Assembly: GCA_965140695.1 (NCBI GenBank)
Contig: OZ223297.1
Location: 2,218,325 to 2,282,324, forward strand
DNA: 64,000 nucleotides
Source of the DNA: an uncultured Amphritea sp.
GTDB lineage: Bacteria > Pseudomonadota > Gammaproteobacteria > Pseudomonadales > Balneatricaceae
Direction: 5' to 3'
The notes below the pieces were generated by a model. That model saw nothing but the letters and a program-made list of their open reading frames with translations, searched no databases and had not been told where the DNA came from. Shown piece by piece: positions 31,989 through 41,303 of this stretch (within the stretch, counting starts at the first letter, position 1; each line of letters starts with the position of its first letter). Made by a program: the position numbers and the translations under genes.

Positions 31989-32091
31989 TTGAGAGGGGAG
32001 CGAAGACACGGGTAGTGATCCGTGTGGGCCGAAAAGCAGCCACATCCCCCCTCAAAAGGTAACGAATATAAGGGCTAAAAAGAGAAGGTGA

Positions 32092-32355
32092 TCAGCTGTG
32101 ATTGAGCATATCCGGCTGTCCGCTTTTCAGTTCGCGTAGATTTTCAATCAGCATCTGTTTGTACTGGGTGGTAAGAAAATCGATGGCGGTATTGATATCA
32201 CCGGTATCATCCTGTGACATCAGGTGGAATGCATTAAAACGTGCCGCCGCATGCATTATCGAAGCACTGAGCATCGGCTGAGCCCACTCGTTGCCAAGAT
32301 CATTGGCAAGGTTGATAAACTCATCGGACACTTCAAAAAAGTCTGATTCAAGCAT
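32092..32355 (-). CDS. DUF3144-like small protein (copy 1)
   Basis: FINLAN...SASIMHAAARFN motif; GGAGAG RBS; downstream of clpP. Confidence 0.7.
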   Translation of the reverse strand: MLESDFFEVSDEFINLANDLGNEWAQPMLSASIMHAAARFNAFHLMSQDDTGDINTAIDFLTTQYKQMLIENLRELKSGQPDMLNHS

Positions 32356-32441
32356 AATCGTCTCTCCGGTAATCTTATGTACCTGCTGTTCTGAAACAGG
32401 GCTTCCCCTGACCTCAACACTGAATGGTATGGGGTTCCCCA

Positions 32442-33062
32442 TCAGCCTCGCTGAATCAGCACTTCATCAATCAGACCATAGGCTTTTGCCGTCTCTGCGG
32501 TCATAAAGTTATCCCGGTCGGTATCCCGGTTGATGGTTTCCAGAGGTTGTCCGGTGTGCTTAGCCAGCAGGCTGTTGAGTTTGTGGCGGATACTGAGAAT
32601 CTCTTTGGTATGGATCTCAATATCCGAGGCCTGCCCCTGATAGCCGCCCAACGGCTGATGGATCATCACCCGGGCGTTAGGCAGTGCAAAGCGCTTACCC
32701 TGGTTGCCTCCGGCGAGTAGAAACGCGCCCATGCTGGCGGCCTGACCCATACACATGGTGCTGACATCCGGTTTAATAAACTGCATGGTGTCATAAATAG
32801 ACATCCCGGCGGTGACAGAGCCGCCCGGTGAGTTGATGTAGAGATGGATATCTTTGGCCGGGTTTTCCGCTTCCAGAAACAGCAGCTGGGCGACCACCAG
32901 GTTGGCCATGTGGTCTTCGACCGGGCCGATCAGAAAAATGACCCGCTCCTTTAATAATCGCGAATAGATATCATAGGCTCGCTCGCCCTTGGCGGATTGC
33001 TCTACCACCATCGGGACAAGTGCATTGAGTATGTCAGTTCCGGAACCGTTGGGATTGATCAT
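32442..33062 (-). CDS. clpP: ATP-dependent Clp protease proteolytic subunit
   Basis: [28 protein letters not shown] (Ser), MIHQP (His) and TDRDNF (Asp) motifs. Confidence 0.95.
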   Translation of the reverse strand: MINPNGSGTDILNALVPMVVEQSAKGERAYDIYSRLLKERVIFLIGPVEDHMANLVVAQLLFLEAENPAKDIHLYINSPGGSVTAGMSIYDTMQFIKPDVSTMCMGQAASMGAFLLAGGNQGKRFALPNARVMIHQPLGGYQGQASDIEIHTKEILSIRHKLNSLLAKHTGQPLETINRDTDRDNFMTAETAKAYGLIDEVLIQRG

Positions 33063-33112
33063 CGCAATACCTCACATGAACACGCCAGCCAGCGCAACAG
33101 GCTGTCTGCCAG

Positions 33113-33140
33113 AAAAAAAGCGTAGCCCTGAGAGCTACGC
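33113..33140 (-). terminator. Intrinsic terminator between nifF and clpP
   Basis: Minus strand reads GCGTAGC-TCTCAGG-GCTACGC-TTTTTTT. Confidence 0.7.
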
Positions 33141-33206
33141 ATAAAAGGCGTACGGCAGGGAATACCGTAACTAATAGGAAAACGTAATGAAAAATCAGAT
33201 CGGCAC

Positions 33207-33818
<612 letters not shown>

Positions 33819-33841
33819 TTAAAAGTGCGTACAGGCAATAT

Positions 33842-33987
33842 TGCAGTTAACGTACCATGATTGTTAAAAATATAAGCTGTTGAAAAATATGATTAAAAAA
33901 ATATTCAAATTGAATAAATGCTGCGCTTGTCAGAAACGCGACAAAAGCTGGAATCAGCCGTTCAGAGTCGTTGTTGGTTTTGCTACA
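33842..33987 (-). promoter_or_regulatory. sigma54 promoter (33842-33857) and NifA sites (33928-33943, 33972-33987) for nifF
   Basis: Minus strand TGGTACGTTAACTGCA; TGT-CAGAAACGCG-ACA; TGT-TGGTTTTGCT-ACA. Confidence 0.8.
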
Positions 33988-34214
33988 AGGTAAAAAACGT
34001 GAGTTGCTAGACGTGGCTGCGCCACTTGCCAGAGGTTAGAAAAAGCGAAAGCCCGGTAGTGATACTGAGCTTTCTGGTATCTAATGCATTCTTAAAGGCA
34101 ATAATCCGGCAGGCTTTTTGCTGTTCCGAGCGACGAACAACGAGCCACGGCTTTTATCTGGCAAGCGACGCAGTCGCGTCTAACGACTAGCAGGAAACGA
34201 AGTTTCCGTTCTAA

Positions 34215-35087
34215 CTACTCTCGCGCTTTGTGCGAGCCCAAAGCCAAAACCTTATCAATATCGTCGGCGGAGTGACGTTCGCGCAGTTTTTCCCACGCCT
34301 CCCCCGAGGACTTGTTAACGATGCGGCCACGTTTGACGCCTTCGCGTTGTTCCAGCATCTGTGCCCATCGTAGAACGTGACTGTAGCTTTCAACCTGCAG
34401 AAACTCTGCTGCATCATATAAACGCCCCAGAACCAGGTTGCCATACCAGGGCCAGATGGCGATATCCGCGATGCTGTATTCATCGCCTGCCACATAGGGA
34501 TGTTTTGCCAGCTGTTTATCTAACACGTCCAGCTGGCGCTTAGTTTCCATGGCATAGCGATTGATGGGGTATTCCTGTTTTTCATCAGCATAGGCGTAGA
34601 AATGACCAAAGCCGCCACCGAGAAAGGGAGCAGAACCCTGGGCCCAGAACAACCAGTTGAATACCTCTGTCCGGCTGGGGCCGCTTTGTGGCAGGAACTG
34701 ATCAAACTTCTCAGCTAAATGAACCAGAATCGATGCCGATTCGAAGACATTAACATCCTCTTCCCCCGATCTGTCGACCAGTGCGGGAATCTTGGAGTTT
34801 GGATTGACGCCGACAAACCCGGACGAAAACTGTTCCGACTTGCCAATATTAATCAGATAGGCATCGTATTCAGCCTCTTTAATGCCAAGCAACAGCAGCT
34901 CTTCGAGCATAATCGTGACTTTCTGACCATTGGGGGTGGCAAGTGAGTAAAGCTGTAACGCGTGATTACCCGCCGGCAGGTCCTGTTCGTAGCGTGCGCC
35001 AGATACCGGGCTATTGATGTTCGCCCATTCGTTGCCTCCCGCAGTATCATCTACCCAGACTGCAGGGGGGATGTATTGTTCACTCAT
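34215..35087 (-). CDS. yghU: Glutathione-dependent disulfide-bond oxidoreductase
   Basis: LYSLATPNGQKV, NPNSKIPAL, FESASIL and SIADIAIWPW motifs. Confidence 0.92.
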   Translation of the reverse strand: MSEQYIPPAVWVDDTAGGNEWANINSPVSGARYEQDLPAGNHALQLYSLATPNGQKVTIMLEELLLLGIKEAEYDAYLINIGKSEQFSSGFVGVNPNSKIPALVDRSGEEDVNVFESASILVHLAEKFDQFLPQSGPSRTEVFNWLFWAQGSAPFLGGGFGHFYAYADEKQEYPINRYAMETKRQLDVLDKQLAKHPYVAGDEYSIADIAIWPWYGNLVLGRLYDAAEFLQVESYSHVLRWAQMLEQREGVKRGRIVNKSSGEAWEKLRERHSADDIDKVLALGSHKARE

Positions 35088-35567
35088 AGGGCCTCCTTGA
35101 TCGTGATGTTATTAACGTAGTTGGTGCTGCAGGTGATGTCCGAGTGTGCTTTATCTTAATGAGGAAAACAAATAATACTCTGGATGAAAGGTTCCACTAA
35201 CGGATATTCCGTGTACCCCCGTTGTTGATTCTCTTAGATGATGAGACACGGGCCGGATGGCAGGAGAGAGTGGGGTTGTTTACTCGTTCAACTCTCTGGC
35301 TTCAACTATCCAGTTGCAAACAGGGTTAGCTACTGGAATAAGGGATAAAAGTGGTGCATTATCAGGCTGATAGGGAAATGGCGGGTGACAAAGGGTGCCA
35401 TCACAACATAGCAAAGCGTGCTTGCGTGTATTCAGGGGATGAAACTGGCTTTTTTCAGAATTACTTTTTCAATATCAAATAGATACAGTGTCCTCCATCA
35501 CCGTCTAGCGGTGTCAAAATACGCCAGCACATTATTATAATGTCAGAACAAACAAGGGATAAATATC

Positions 35568-35963
35568 GTGCCAAGAAGGCTAACTCAAACTAAACCCGGG
35601 ACACACCAAGCACTTAAAAACACATCTTACGAAAGCATGGTCGTAAGTTGGCTTATGCAAGATGGTTGGCAAGTGTTTTTACCCATCTTAGATCATGGGC
35701 ATCAGACAGATATCCTTATATCAGATGGGCCTAGCTACTACAGAATCCAAGTCAAAACTGTAGAAGCAAGTGGTGAAGACCACATAGTTCATAATGCCTG
35801 GGAAGGAAGTAATGTAGATGTTGTCATTTTCTTTGCTAGAAATTCCAATTGGGGGGTCATCGCTCCAGCATTTACAGAAAAGAAACGGGCATTGAATCAC
35901 GAAGGTCATCGTAAGTTTACTCAGGACAGAAAAGAGTTCTTACGTGAATTTCATCAACTCTAA
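35568..35963 (+). CDS. Cassette 1: small PD-(D/E)XK nuclease
   Basis: E...TDILI...RIQVKT catalytic pattern; TAA stop lies inside the attC inverse core. Confidence 0.75.
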   Translation: MPRRLTQTKPGTHQALKNTSYESMVVSWLMQDGWQVFLPILDHGHQTDILISDGPSYYRIQVKTVEASGEDHIVHNAWEGSNVDVVIFFARNSNWGVIAPAFTEKKRALNHEGHRKFTQDRKEFLREFHQL

Positions 35964-36007
35964 CAAGAGAAACCACCCGACGCATACTGCGTGGCTGCTT
36001 TAAGCGT

Positions 36008-36740
36008 GTGTGCCGGACTTGGCACTTAACTAGCGAGGTGAAAGTCCTCTTACTAGGTATTCGCAGAATCGAAGGTTAGCCAAAGGGCAAGGTTAGTTCC
36101 GCGAGGGATTGGCTGGGGGAATCTCAAGGCGCAATCGCGGGGCGATGAACAAGAACCGGATATGAGGTGTGACATAAGGGGGGGCTAACAGGCACGTGAC
36201 TGCTAAGCTCTTCATCTGGCTTATGTTATATTGAATTAAAGAATACGGGATTTACTGTCAGTCCCCGATGCGGCAACAGAATCAAAGTGGCCGACAAGGC
36301 GCTGGTGAAGCTAAAGCTGCGGGTACAGGAACTGAGCCGTCGAACGAGAGGCCATCAACTGTTACATGTCATCGCAGACTTAAGGAAATACCTGCTTGGT
36401 TGGAAAGAGTACTTCGGCGTAGCCGAGGTGCAGAGCCCGCTGCGTGACATCGACAAATGGATCAGACGGAAGTTGCGGTGTTATATCTGGAAGCAATGGG
36501 GCCCTAGTGGTTATCGTCAACTGCGCCGATGGGGAGTAGATCTCTGGACGGCTTGGAATACGGCGAAATCGGCTCATGGGCTTTGGCGTTTAAGCAAAAG
36601 TCCTGCACTCTATAGAGCATTGCCAAACATATATTTTAAAGGCTTGTGGCTGTCATCACTGGCAGCGTGATAATAGATGAGGCTGTGGTACGTGACCCGT
36701 ATGCCCGGTAGTGTGGGAGGAGGGGCACCCCTATCCCGAT
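36008..36740 (+). mobile_element. Internally deleted class C group II intron (733 nt)
   Basis: 5' end GTGTGCCGGACTTGGCAC...GGTGAAAGTCC; degenerate DV TGTGGTACGTGACCCGTATGCCCGG; DVI with bulged A ending CCTATCCCGAT; RT domain absent. Confidence 0.85.
36245..36670 (+). pseudogene. ltrA: Remnant of intron-encoded protein: maturase/domain X only
   Basis: GFTV...NRIKVADKAL...LLGWKEYF...DKWIRRKLRCYIWKQWG...AKSAHGLWRLS; no YADD RT core. Confidence 0.85.
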
Positions 36741-36773
36741 TAGATTTCATAAGCGTTTTTCACGGTACTCTTA

Positions 36774-37697
36774 ATGGATGATGAATTAACCAGCGTCTAT
36801 GAACGCATTGATCGAATACTCAACCCACATCGAAGGTGGCAAAAGCGAATAGATCGAATTCTGGAACCTCAGCGTAGGCTTCAGGAGCCGATGGAGAAGT
36901 ATCTTGAACCGCAACGCCGACTTCAGGAGCAGATGGAGAAGTATCTTGAACCGCAACGCCGACTTCAGGAGCAGATGGAGAAGTATCTTGAACCGCAACG
37001 CCGGCTTCAGGAGCAGATGGAAAAGTATCTTGAACCGCAGAGACGGCTTCAAGAGCAACTAAACAAGATACTTGAGCCCCAGCGATTGCTTCACGACCAA
37101 ATCAACAAGTATCTTAATCCATTAAACGATTATCTTTCTAGCCCTCTAATGGATCTCATCGCGATTGGAAGCGATGGCGTAATCTCTGTATCAGAGGAAA
37201 TCGTTGATATCCAGGAGATAAATGACAGCGTTGAAAGCATATCTAAAGATTATTTAAGTGCTGAGGAATTTTTAGAGCAATTATTTCATATCCTGGAAAA
37301 ACTAGGTAACGGTGCGCGCATAGTCGTTATTTATTTAATTTTGCCATATTTTCTGGCAATCATTGCCAATTTAACAACACCAATTTATGAAGAATGGTGG
37401 AAGGAATATGCAGATTACGACCAGCGAGAAGCAAAAAAAGAGATTATTCGTGAAGCACTCGACCTATACAGCATAGAACAATTATTCGAATATCGTTTTG
37501 TTTATGCATCAACACTTAATGTCCGAGAATCTGGGAGTATTAAGTCTAAAATTACTGGCGTGCTGCACCTTGGAAAAGCGGTAAAACTTATTAATAAGGT
37601 GAAAAGCTGGTCCTTTATCGAATATCAAGACTCCTTGACTAACGAGATTAAGCAAGGCTGGGTGTTTTCAAGATATTTACAGAAATTTGAAAAATGA
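36774..37697 (+). CDS. Cassette 2: tandem-repeat protein with C-terminal bacterial SH3-like domain
   Basis: About 7 x 14-aa repeats, a hydrophobic segment (IVVIYLILPYFLAIIANL), then LNVRE...G...W SH3-like motif. Confidence 0.8.
   Translation: MDDELTSVYERIDRILNPHRRWQKRIDRILEPQRRLQEPMEKYLEPQRRLQEQMEKYLEPQRRLQEQMEKYLEPQRRLQEQMEKYLEPQRRLQEQLNKILEPQRLLHDQINKYLNPLNDYLSSPLMDLIAIGSDGVISVSEEIVDIQEINDSVESISKDYLSAEEFLEQLFHILEKLGNGARIVVIYLILPYFLAIIANLTTPIYEEWWKEYADYDQREAKKEIIREALDLYSIEQLFEYRFVYASTLNVRESGSIKSKITGVLHLGKAVKLINKVKSWSFIEYQDSLTNEIKQGWVFSRYLQKFEK
36816..37109 (+). repeat. 42-bp in-frame tandem repeat, about 7 units
   Basis: Core unit CTTGAACCGCAACGCCGACTTCAGGAGCAGATGGAGAAGTAT; central copies near-identical. 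Confidence 0.92.
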
Positions 37698-37698
37698 A

Positions 37699-37770
37699 AT
37701 CTAACAAGGCGCTCGTTTGGAAGCTAATTACGCTGCTCTTCGTTCGCTCCGCACAGTTTGGTCGTTAAGT
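37699..37770 (+). repeat. attC site 2 (degenerate)
   Basis: ATCTAAC at 37699 directly after the stop; GTTAAGT at 37764; interior AAGGCGCTCG...TACGCTGC...CGCACAG resembles gammaproteobacterial attC. Confidence 0.7.
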
Positions 37771-37778
37771 GAACGCTG

Positions 37779-38084
37779 ATGATGGAAGACTGGCCACAAT
37801 TTATCGGACTGACCTTAGGGTTGCTAATCGCTATCCCGATCGGTATTCATATGTTTCGTGAGTGCTTCAGGAGCTATAACCAGTTCCAGAAAGAGATGAA
37901 GGAGACCGGAGGGAGTGAAGAAAGAAAACTATATGATGGAGAGTTCAAAAAAGCTGTCAATCATCAGTTTATTGAATTCAAAGCCGGTTTTGCGTTGGTT
38001 TTCCCAATCATTATTTTTTTGATTACCTACTTCCTTACGTCCTCAATTGCAGAAACTGCGTTTAATCTTTATCGGGGGTCTTAA
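37779..38084 (+). CDS. Cassette 3: small two-TM membrane protein
   Basis: Two hydrophobic helices; starts 9 nt after the attC2 core. Confidence 0.7.
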   Translation: MMEDWPQFIGLTLGLLIAIPIGIHMFRECFRSYNQFQKEMKETGGSEERKLYDGEFKKAVNHQFIEFKAGFALVFPIIIFLITYFLTSSIAETAFNLYRGS

Positions 38085-38145
38085 ATTGCCGTATGTGCCG
38101 GGAGACACGTAGCAGTAGCGGATCATCGCTACGCTCATACACTGT

Positions 38146-38525
38146 CTCGTTCCCACGCTCCCGCGTGGGAATGCATACCGAACTTTAGCAACCACACTTC
38201 GCACCTTGGCGGTGTAGCACTTTATTCCGGTGTTTATACGCCCGGAAACAGCCAATACTCTGTTCGATGTCCTGCACTTTTTTAAGCAAAGATCTTATAA
38301 GAAGGTGGTTATAAAACTACTGTCACTTTGAGATGATAAGTAAGTCTATGAATTAATTAGTTTTTTATACAAGCCCTATAAGAGTGATCGACTTTATCAA
38401 TTTTTACCGAAAGACGTGTATTCAGTGCTGATCTAAAGTGAGGGTATGATGCGTTAAAACATGACTAATTTACTAAAATCCGCTCAGGCGAGGTATGCAT
38501 TCCCACGCGGGAGCGTGGGAACGAG
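38146..38525. repeat. Inverted REP pair: 38146-38177 (+) and 38494-38525 (-)
   Basis: Same 32-nt REP, enclosing about 316 bp of AT-rich non-coding DNA. Confidence 0.9.
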
Positions 38526-38590
38526 TAAAAATCTCTCCAGATTCTTTTCTCTGTGCCCTCTGTGGTAAAACGCCCTGATCCCTTTAGGAA

Positions 38591-38854
38591 TTAATCATCG
38601 TCGTCATCATCATCGTCGTCAGGAACGCGGATGATTTTGCGATAGATCTCAATCCGGTCGCCCTCCTCAAGAGCAGCGTTCAGCCGTGTGAGTTTGCCGA
38701 AGATACCGATCTTCTGGGTTTTCAGGTTGATCTCCGGGCATTGCTCCAGAATCTGGGATGCTTCGATGGCGGTTTCTACCGTCGCACTGTCATCGATCTC
38801 GATATCGGACCAGAGTTGTTTTTTTTCACCGGCGTAAGCGATTGATACTTTCAT
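38591..38854 (-). CDS. rnfH: RnfH (ubiquitin-like)
   Basis: GIFGKL...LEEGDRIEIYR; acidic tail. Confidence 0.92.
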   Translation of the reverse strand: MKVSIAYAGEKKQLWSDIEIDDSATVETAIEASQILEQCPEINLKTQKIGIFGKLTRLNAALEEGDRIEIYRKIIRVPDDDDDDDDD

Positions 38855-39537
38855 GCAGACTCCTCCTGCAAGTGTCCCTGAATGGCGTTTCTGCGAGCCT
38901 CCAGTTTACGGTCGGTAACCCGTTTACCGGCCAGAATCAGACCCAGACAGATAAAGCCTCCCGGGGGGAGTATCAGTAACAGTGTGCCGCCGTAATCGGG
39001 AAAAATGGTCAGCTCAATAAAGGAGAAGCTTTCTCCCAGCAGTAGTGATGCATCCGCGAACAGGGTGCCACTGCCAAACAGTTCCCGCATGCCGCCCAGC
39101 AGCACCAGCACCCAGGTAAAGCCGATTCCCATTGCCAGTCCATCGATCATTGAGGGACCGACATTGTTTTTTGAGGCAAAACTTTCCACCCGGCCAAGGA
39201 TGGCGCAGTTGGTGACGATCAGGGGAATAAACAGACCCAGTACCTGATAGAGTTCATGCATCCAGGCGTTAAGGAACATATCCACCAGGGTCACCATCGC
39301 GGCGATCAGCAGGATAAAGACCGGTATCCGTACCTGCGGGGTGATAATCCCTCTGATCATCGACACCAGCATGTTCGAAGCGAGCATCACCGCCAGGGTG
39401 GCGATACCCATGCCCAGGCCATTACTGGCGGTGGTGGTGACGGCCATCAGTGGACACAACGCCAGCATCTGCCCGAGTACGACGTTATTGTTCCACAGTC
39501 CGTCAGCCCAGATCTCTGCGTAGGATTGCTGTGTCAT
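38851..39537 (-). CDS. rnfE: Rnf complex subunit E
   Basis: LALCPLMAVT, LIVTNCAILGR and LPPGGF motifs. Confidence 0.93.
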   Translation of the reverse strand: MTQQSYAEIWADGLWNNNVVLGQMLALCPLMAVTTTASNGLGMGIATLAVMLASNMLVSMIRGIITPQVRIPVFILLIAAMVTLVDMFLNAWMHELYQVLGLFIPLIVTNCAILGRVESFASKNNVGPSMIDGLAMGIGFTWVLVLLGGMRELFGSGTLFADASLLLGESFSFIELTIFPDYGGTLLLILPPGGFICLGLILAGKRVTDRKLEARRNAIQGHLQEESA

Positions 39538-40205
39538 TGTGAACTCTCCTGCCCGGATGCAACCGGAGTACTTAGCTTTGACTCGATGTTGGCGCGTTGC
39601 TGGTCGAAATGTATCAGACCGGTTTTCACCGCTTTAACAACCGCTCTGGGGGTAATGGTGGCACCGGTAAACTGGTCAAAATCACCGCCATCTTTTTTTA
39701 CCTGCCATTGAGTTGCCGAGTGGTTTTCCAGCGAATAGCCATTAAAAGAGGTGATCCAGTCGTTCTTTTTAATCTCTATTTTATCCCCCAGCCCGGGGGT
39801 TTCTGCGTGGCTGATGGTACGTACGCCGGTAATTTCGCCTTTCTCATTTATACCCAGAAGCAAGACGATATCGCCGCTATAACCTTTACCGACCACCTCC
39901 ATAGCGAGGCCGGAGAACTGTCCATTCCGGGTTGCAAGATAGGCAACGTCATGGCCAGGAAAGGGACTGTCTTTCAGTGTATAGCGCAACTCCAGCGGAT
40001 TATTGTCGTAAAGATCTGCGGGCAGCACCTGATCCAGCATGACCCGGGTGTCCTCTTCCAGTCGTAAACGGATATCGTCCCGGGTACTCTGATCACCCAT
40101 GATCAGCAGCAGGCTGATGATGGTTGCCATACCGCCGAGCAAACCGGCCTGATAACCGATGCGGTGAGTGAAGCTGGGGATTGCAATCGCTCTGGTGGGC
40201 TTCAT
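39534..40205 (-). CDS. rnfG: Rnf complex subunit G
   Basis: GYSGDI, HAETPGLG and FTGATITP (FMN attachment) motifs. Confidence 0.93.
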   Translation of the reverse strand: MKPTRAIAIPSFTHRIGYQAGLLGGMATIISLLLIMGDQSTRDDIRLRLEEDTRVMLDQVLPADLYDNNPLELRYTLKDSPFPGHDVAYLATRNGQFSGLAMEVVGKGYSGDIVLLLGINEKGEITGVRTISHAETPGLGDKIEIKKNDWITSFNGYSLENHSATQWQVKKDGGDFDQFTGATITPRAVVKAVKTGLIHFDQQRANIESKLSTPVASGQESSQ

Positions 40206-40224
40206 TGTTTACTCCTCTTTATCA

Positions 40225-41298
40225 CTACTCTTTAGCCGCTTTCAGGGGCGCGCCCTTGTAGTCGTAGCCATAGATTCTTGGACGGAAGTAGCGATCGATT
40301 ATCGGTGTCAGTGCATTCATAAACAGCACCGCGAAGCCGATCGCCTCTGGGAAGGAGCCCCAGGTGCGAATGGTGAAGGTGACCAGACCGATACCCATGC
40401 CGTAGATCAGCTGACCTTTGATGTTTGAGGGGGATGTCACCGGATCGGTGGCGATAAAGAAGGCCCCAAACATCAGTGCGCCTGACAAAAGATGATAGAT
40501 CGGTGGGGCGTATCGCTGAGGGTCAATACTGTTAAAGATAAGTGCCATCAGCGCCACTGTCAGTATCAGGGCGACGGGGATATACCACTGAATCACTCTT
40601 TTCCAGATCAGGAAAATGCCGCCAGCCAGCATCAGAAGAGCGGAGGTTTCACCCAGACTACCGCGGGTAAAACCGGTCAGGGCATCGTTAAGACTGAAGA
40701 TCTCTCCGACCGAAACCGTGGCGGGGATAGCGGCGGTCAGCGCTGTTTTGACATGTCCCAGGGCGGTAGCGCCGGTGAGCGCATCGCTCAGGGGCGCTGC
40801 CAGAAAGGTGATCTCCAGGCCTTCAATAAAACCGGGCGCGGCGGCATCCGTTATTGGGATAACATTGGCCCAGGTTGTCATCTCCAGCGGGAACGAGATC
40901 AGCAGTCCAACCCGGGTTAACATGGCGGGATTAAACAGATTTTGTCCCAGTCCTCCGTAGAGATGTTTACCGATGACAATGGCGAACAGCGTGCCGGTAA
41001 CGGCCAGCCACCAGGGGCCCCAGGGAGGGAGAGTCATGGCAATGATCCAGCCGGTTAATATGGCAGAACCATCCAGAGCAAAACTCAGGCGTTTACCTGC
41101 CAGTGACAGACAAAACAGTTCTCCCGCCACAGCTGAGCCGACACAGAGAAACCAGATGTTTATCGCGGGCCAGCCAAACAGATAGAACCCCAGCAATGTC
41201 GCGGGGAGTAGCGCAAAGCAGACCAGATACATTGTCCTTTCGACAGAGCTGCGATCATGCGCATGGGGGGATGAGATCATCATATTACTCACAGTCAT
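40225..41298 (-). CDS. rnfD: Rnf complex subunit D
   Basis: SSPH, GGLGQNLFNPA, TGAT, GSLGETS and ATDPVTSP motifs. Confidence 0.93.
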   Translation of the reverse strand: MTVSNMMISSPHAHDRSSVERTMYLVCFALLPATLLGFYLFGWPAINIWFLCVGSAVAGELFCLSLAGKRLSFALDGSAILTGWIIAMTLPPWGPWWLAVTGTLFAIVIGKHLYGGLGQNLFNPAMLTRVGLLISFPLEMTTWANVIPITDAAAPGFIEGLEITFLAAPLSDALTGATALGHVKTALTAAIPATVSVGEIFSLNDALTGFTRGSLGETSALLMLAGGIFLIWKRVIQWYIPVALILTVALMALIFNSIDPQRYAPPIYHLLSGALMFGAFFIATDPVTSPSNIKGQLIYGMGIGLVTFTIRTWGSFPEAIGFAVLFMNALTPIIDRYFRPRIYGYDYKGAPLKAAKE

Positions 41299-41303
41299 AG
41301 TGC

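Larger units (their letters stand above)
35958..36745 (+). repeat. attC site 1, split by the intron (35958-36007 plus 36741-36745)
   Basis: Rejoined: CTCTAAC-AAGAGAAACCACCCGACGCA-TAC-TGCGTGGCTGCTTTAAGC-GT|TAGAT; inverse core, core and imperfect hairpin with an extra G. Confidence 0.75.

Noticed and set aside
34120-34214. attC-like hairpins after yghU (GCGACGCAGTCGC, GGAAACGAAGTTTCC, two CTAAC)
   Set aside because: No correctly ordered inverse core/core pair enclosing one stem; probably a decayed small repeat
35087-35500. Integron integrase upstream of the cassettes
   Set aside because: No ORF or tyrosine-recombinase motif recognisable on either strand
36287-36670. Retron or functional reverse transcriptase defence system
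   Set aside because: Only the group II maturase domain remains; no RT catalytic motifs
36816-37109. CRISPR-like or non-coding repeat
   Set aside because: Contiguous 42-bp in-frame coding repeat with no spacers
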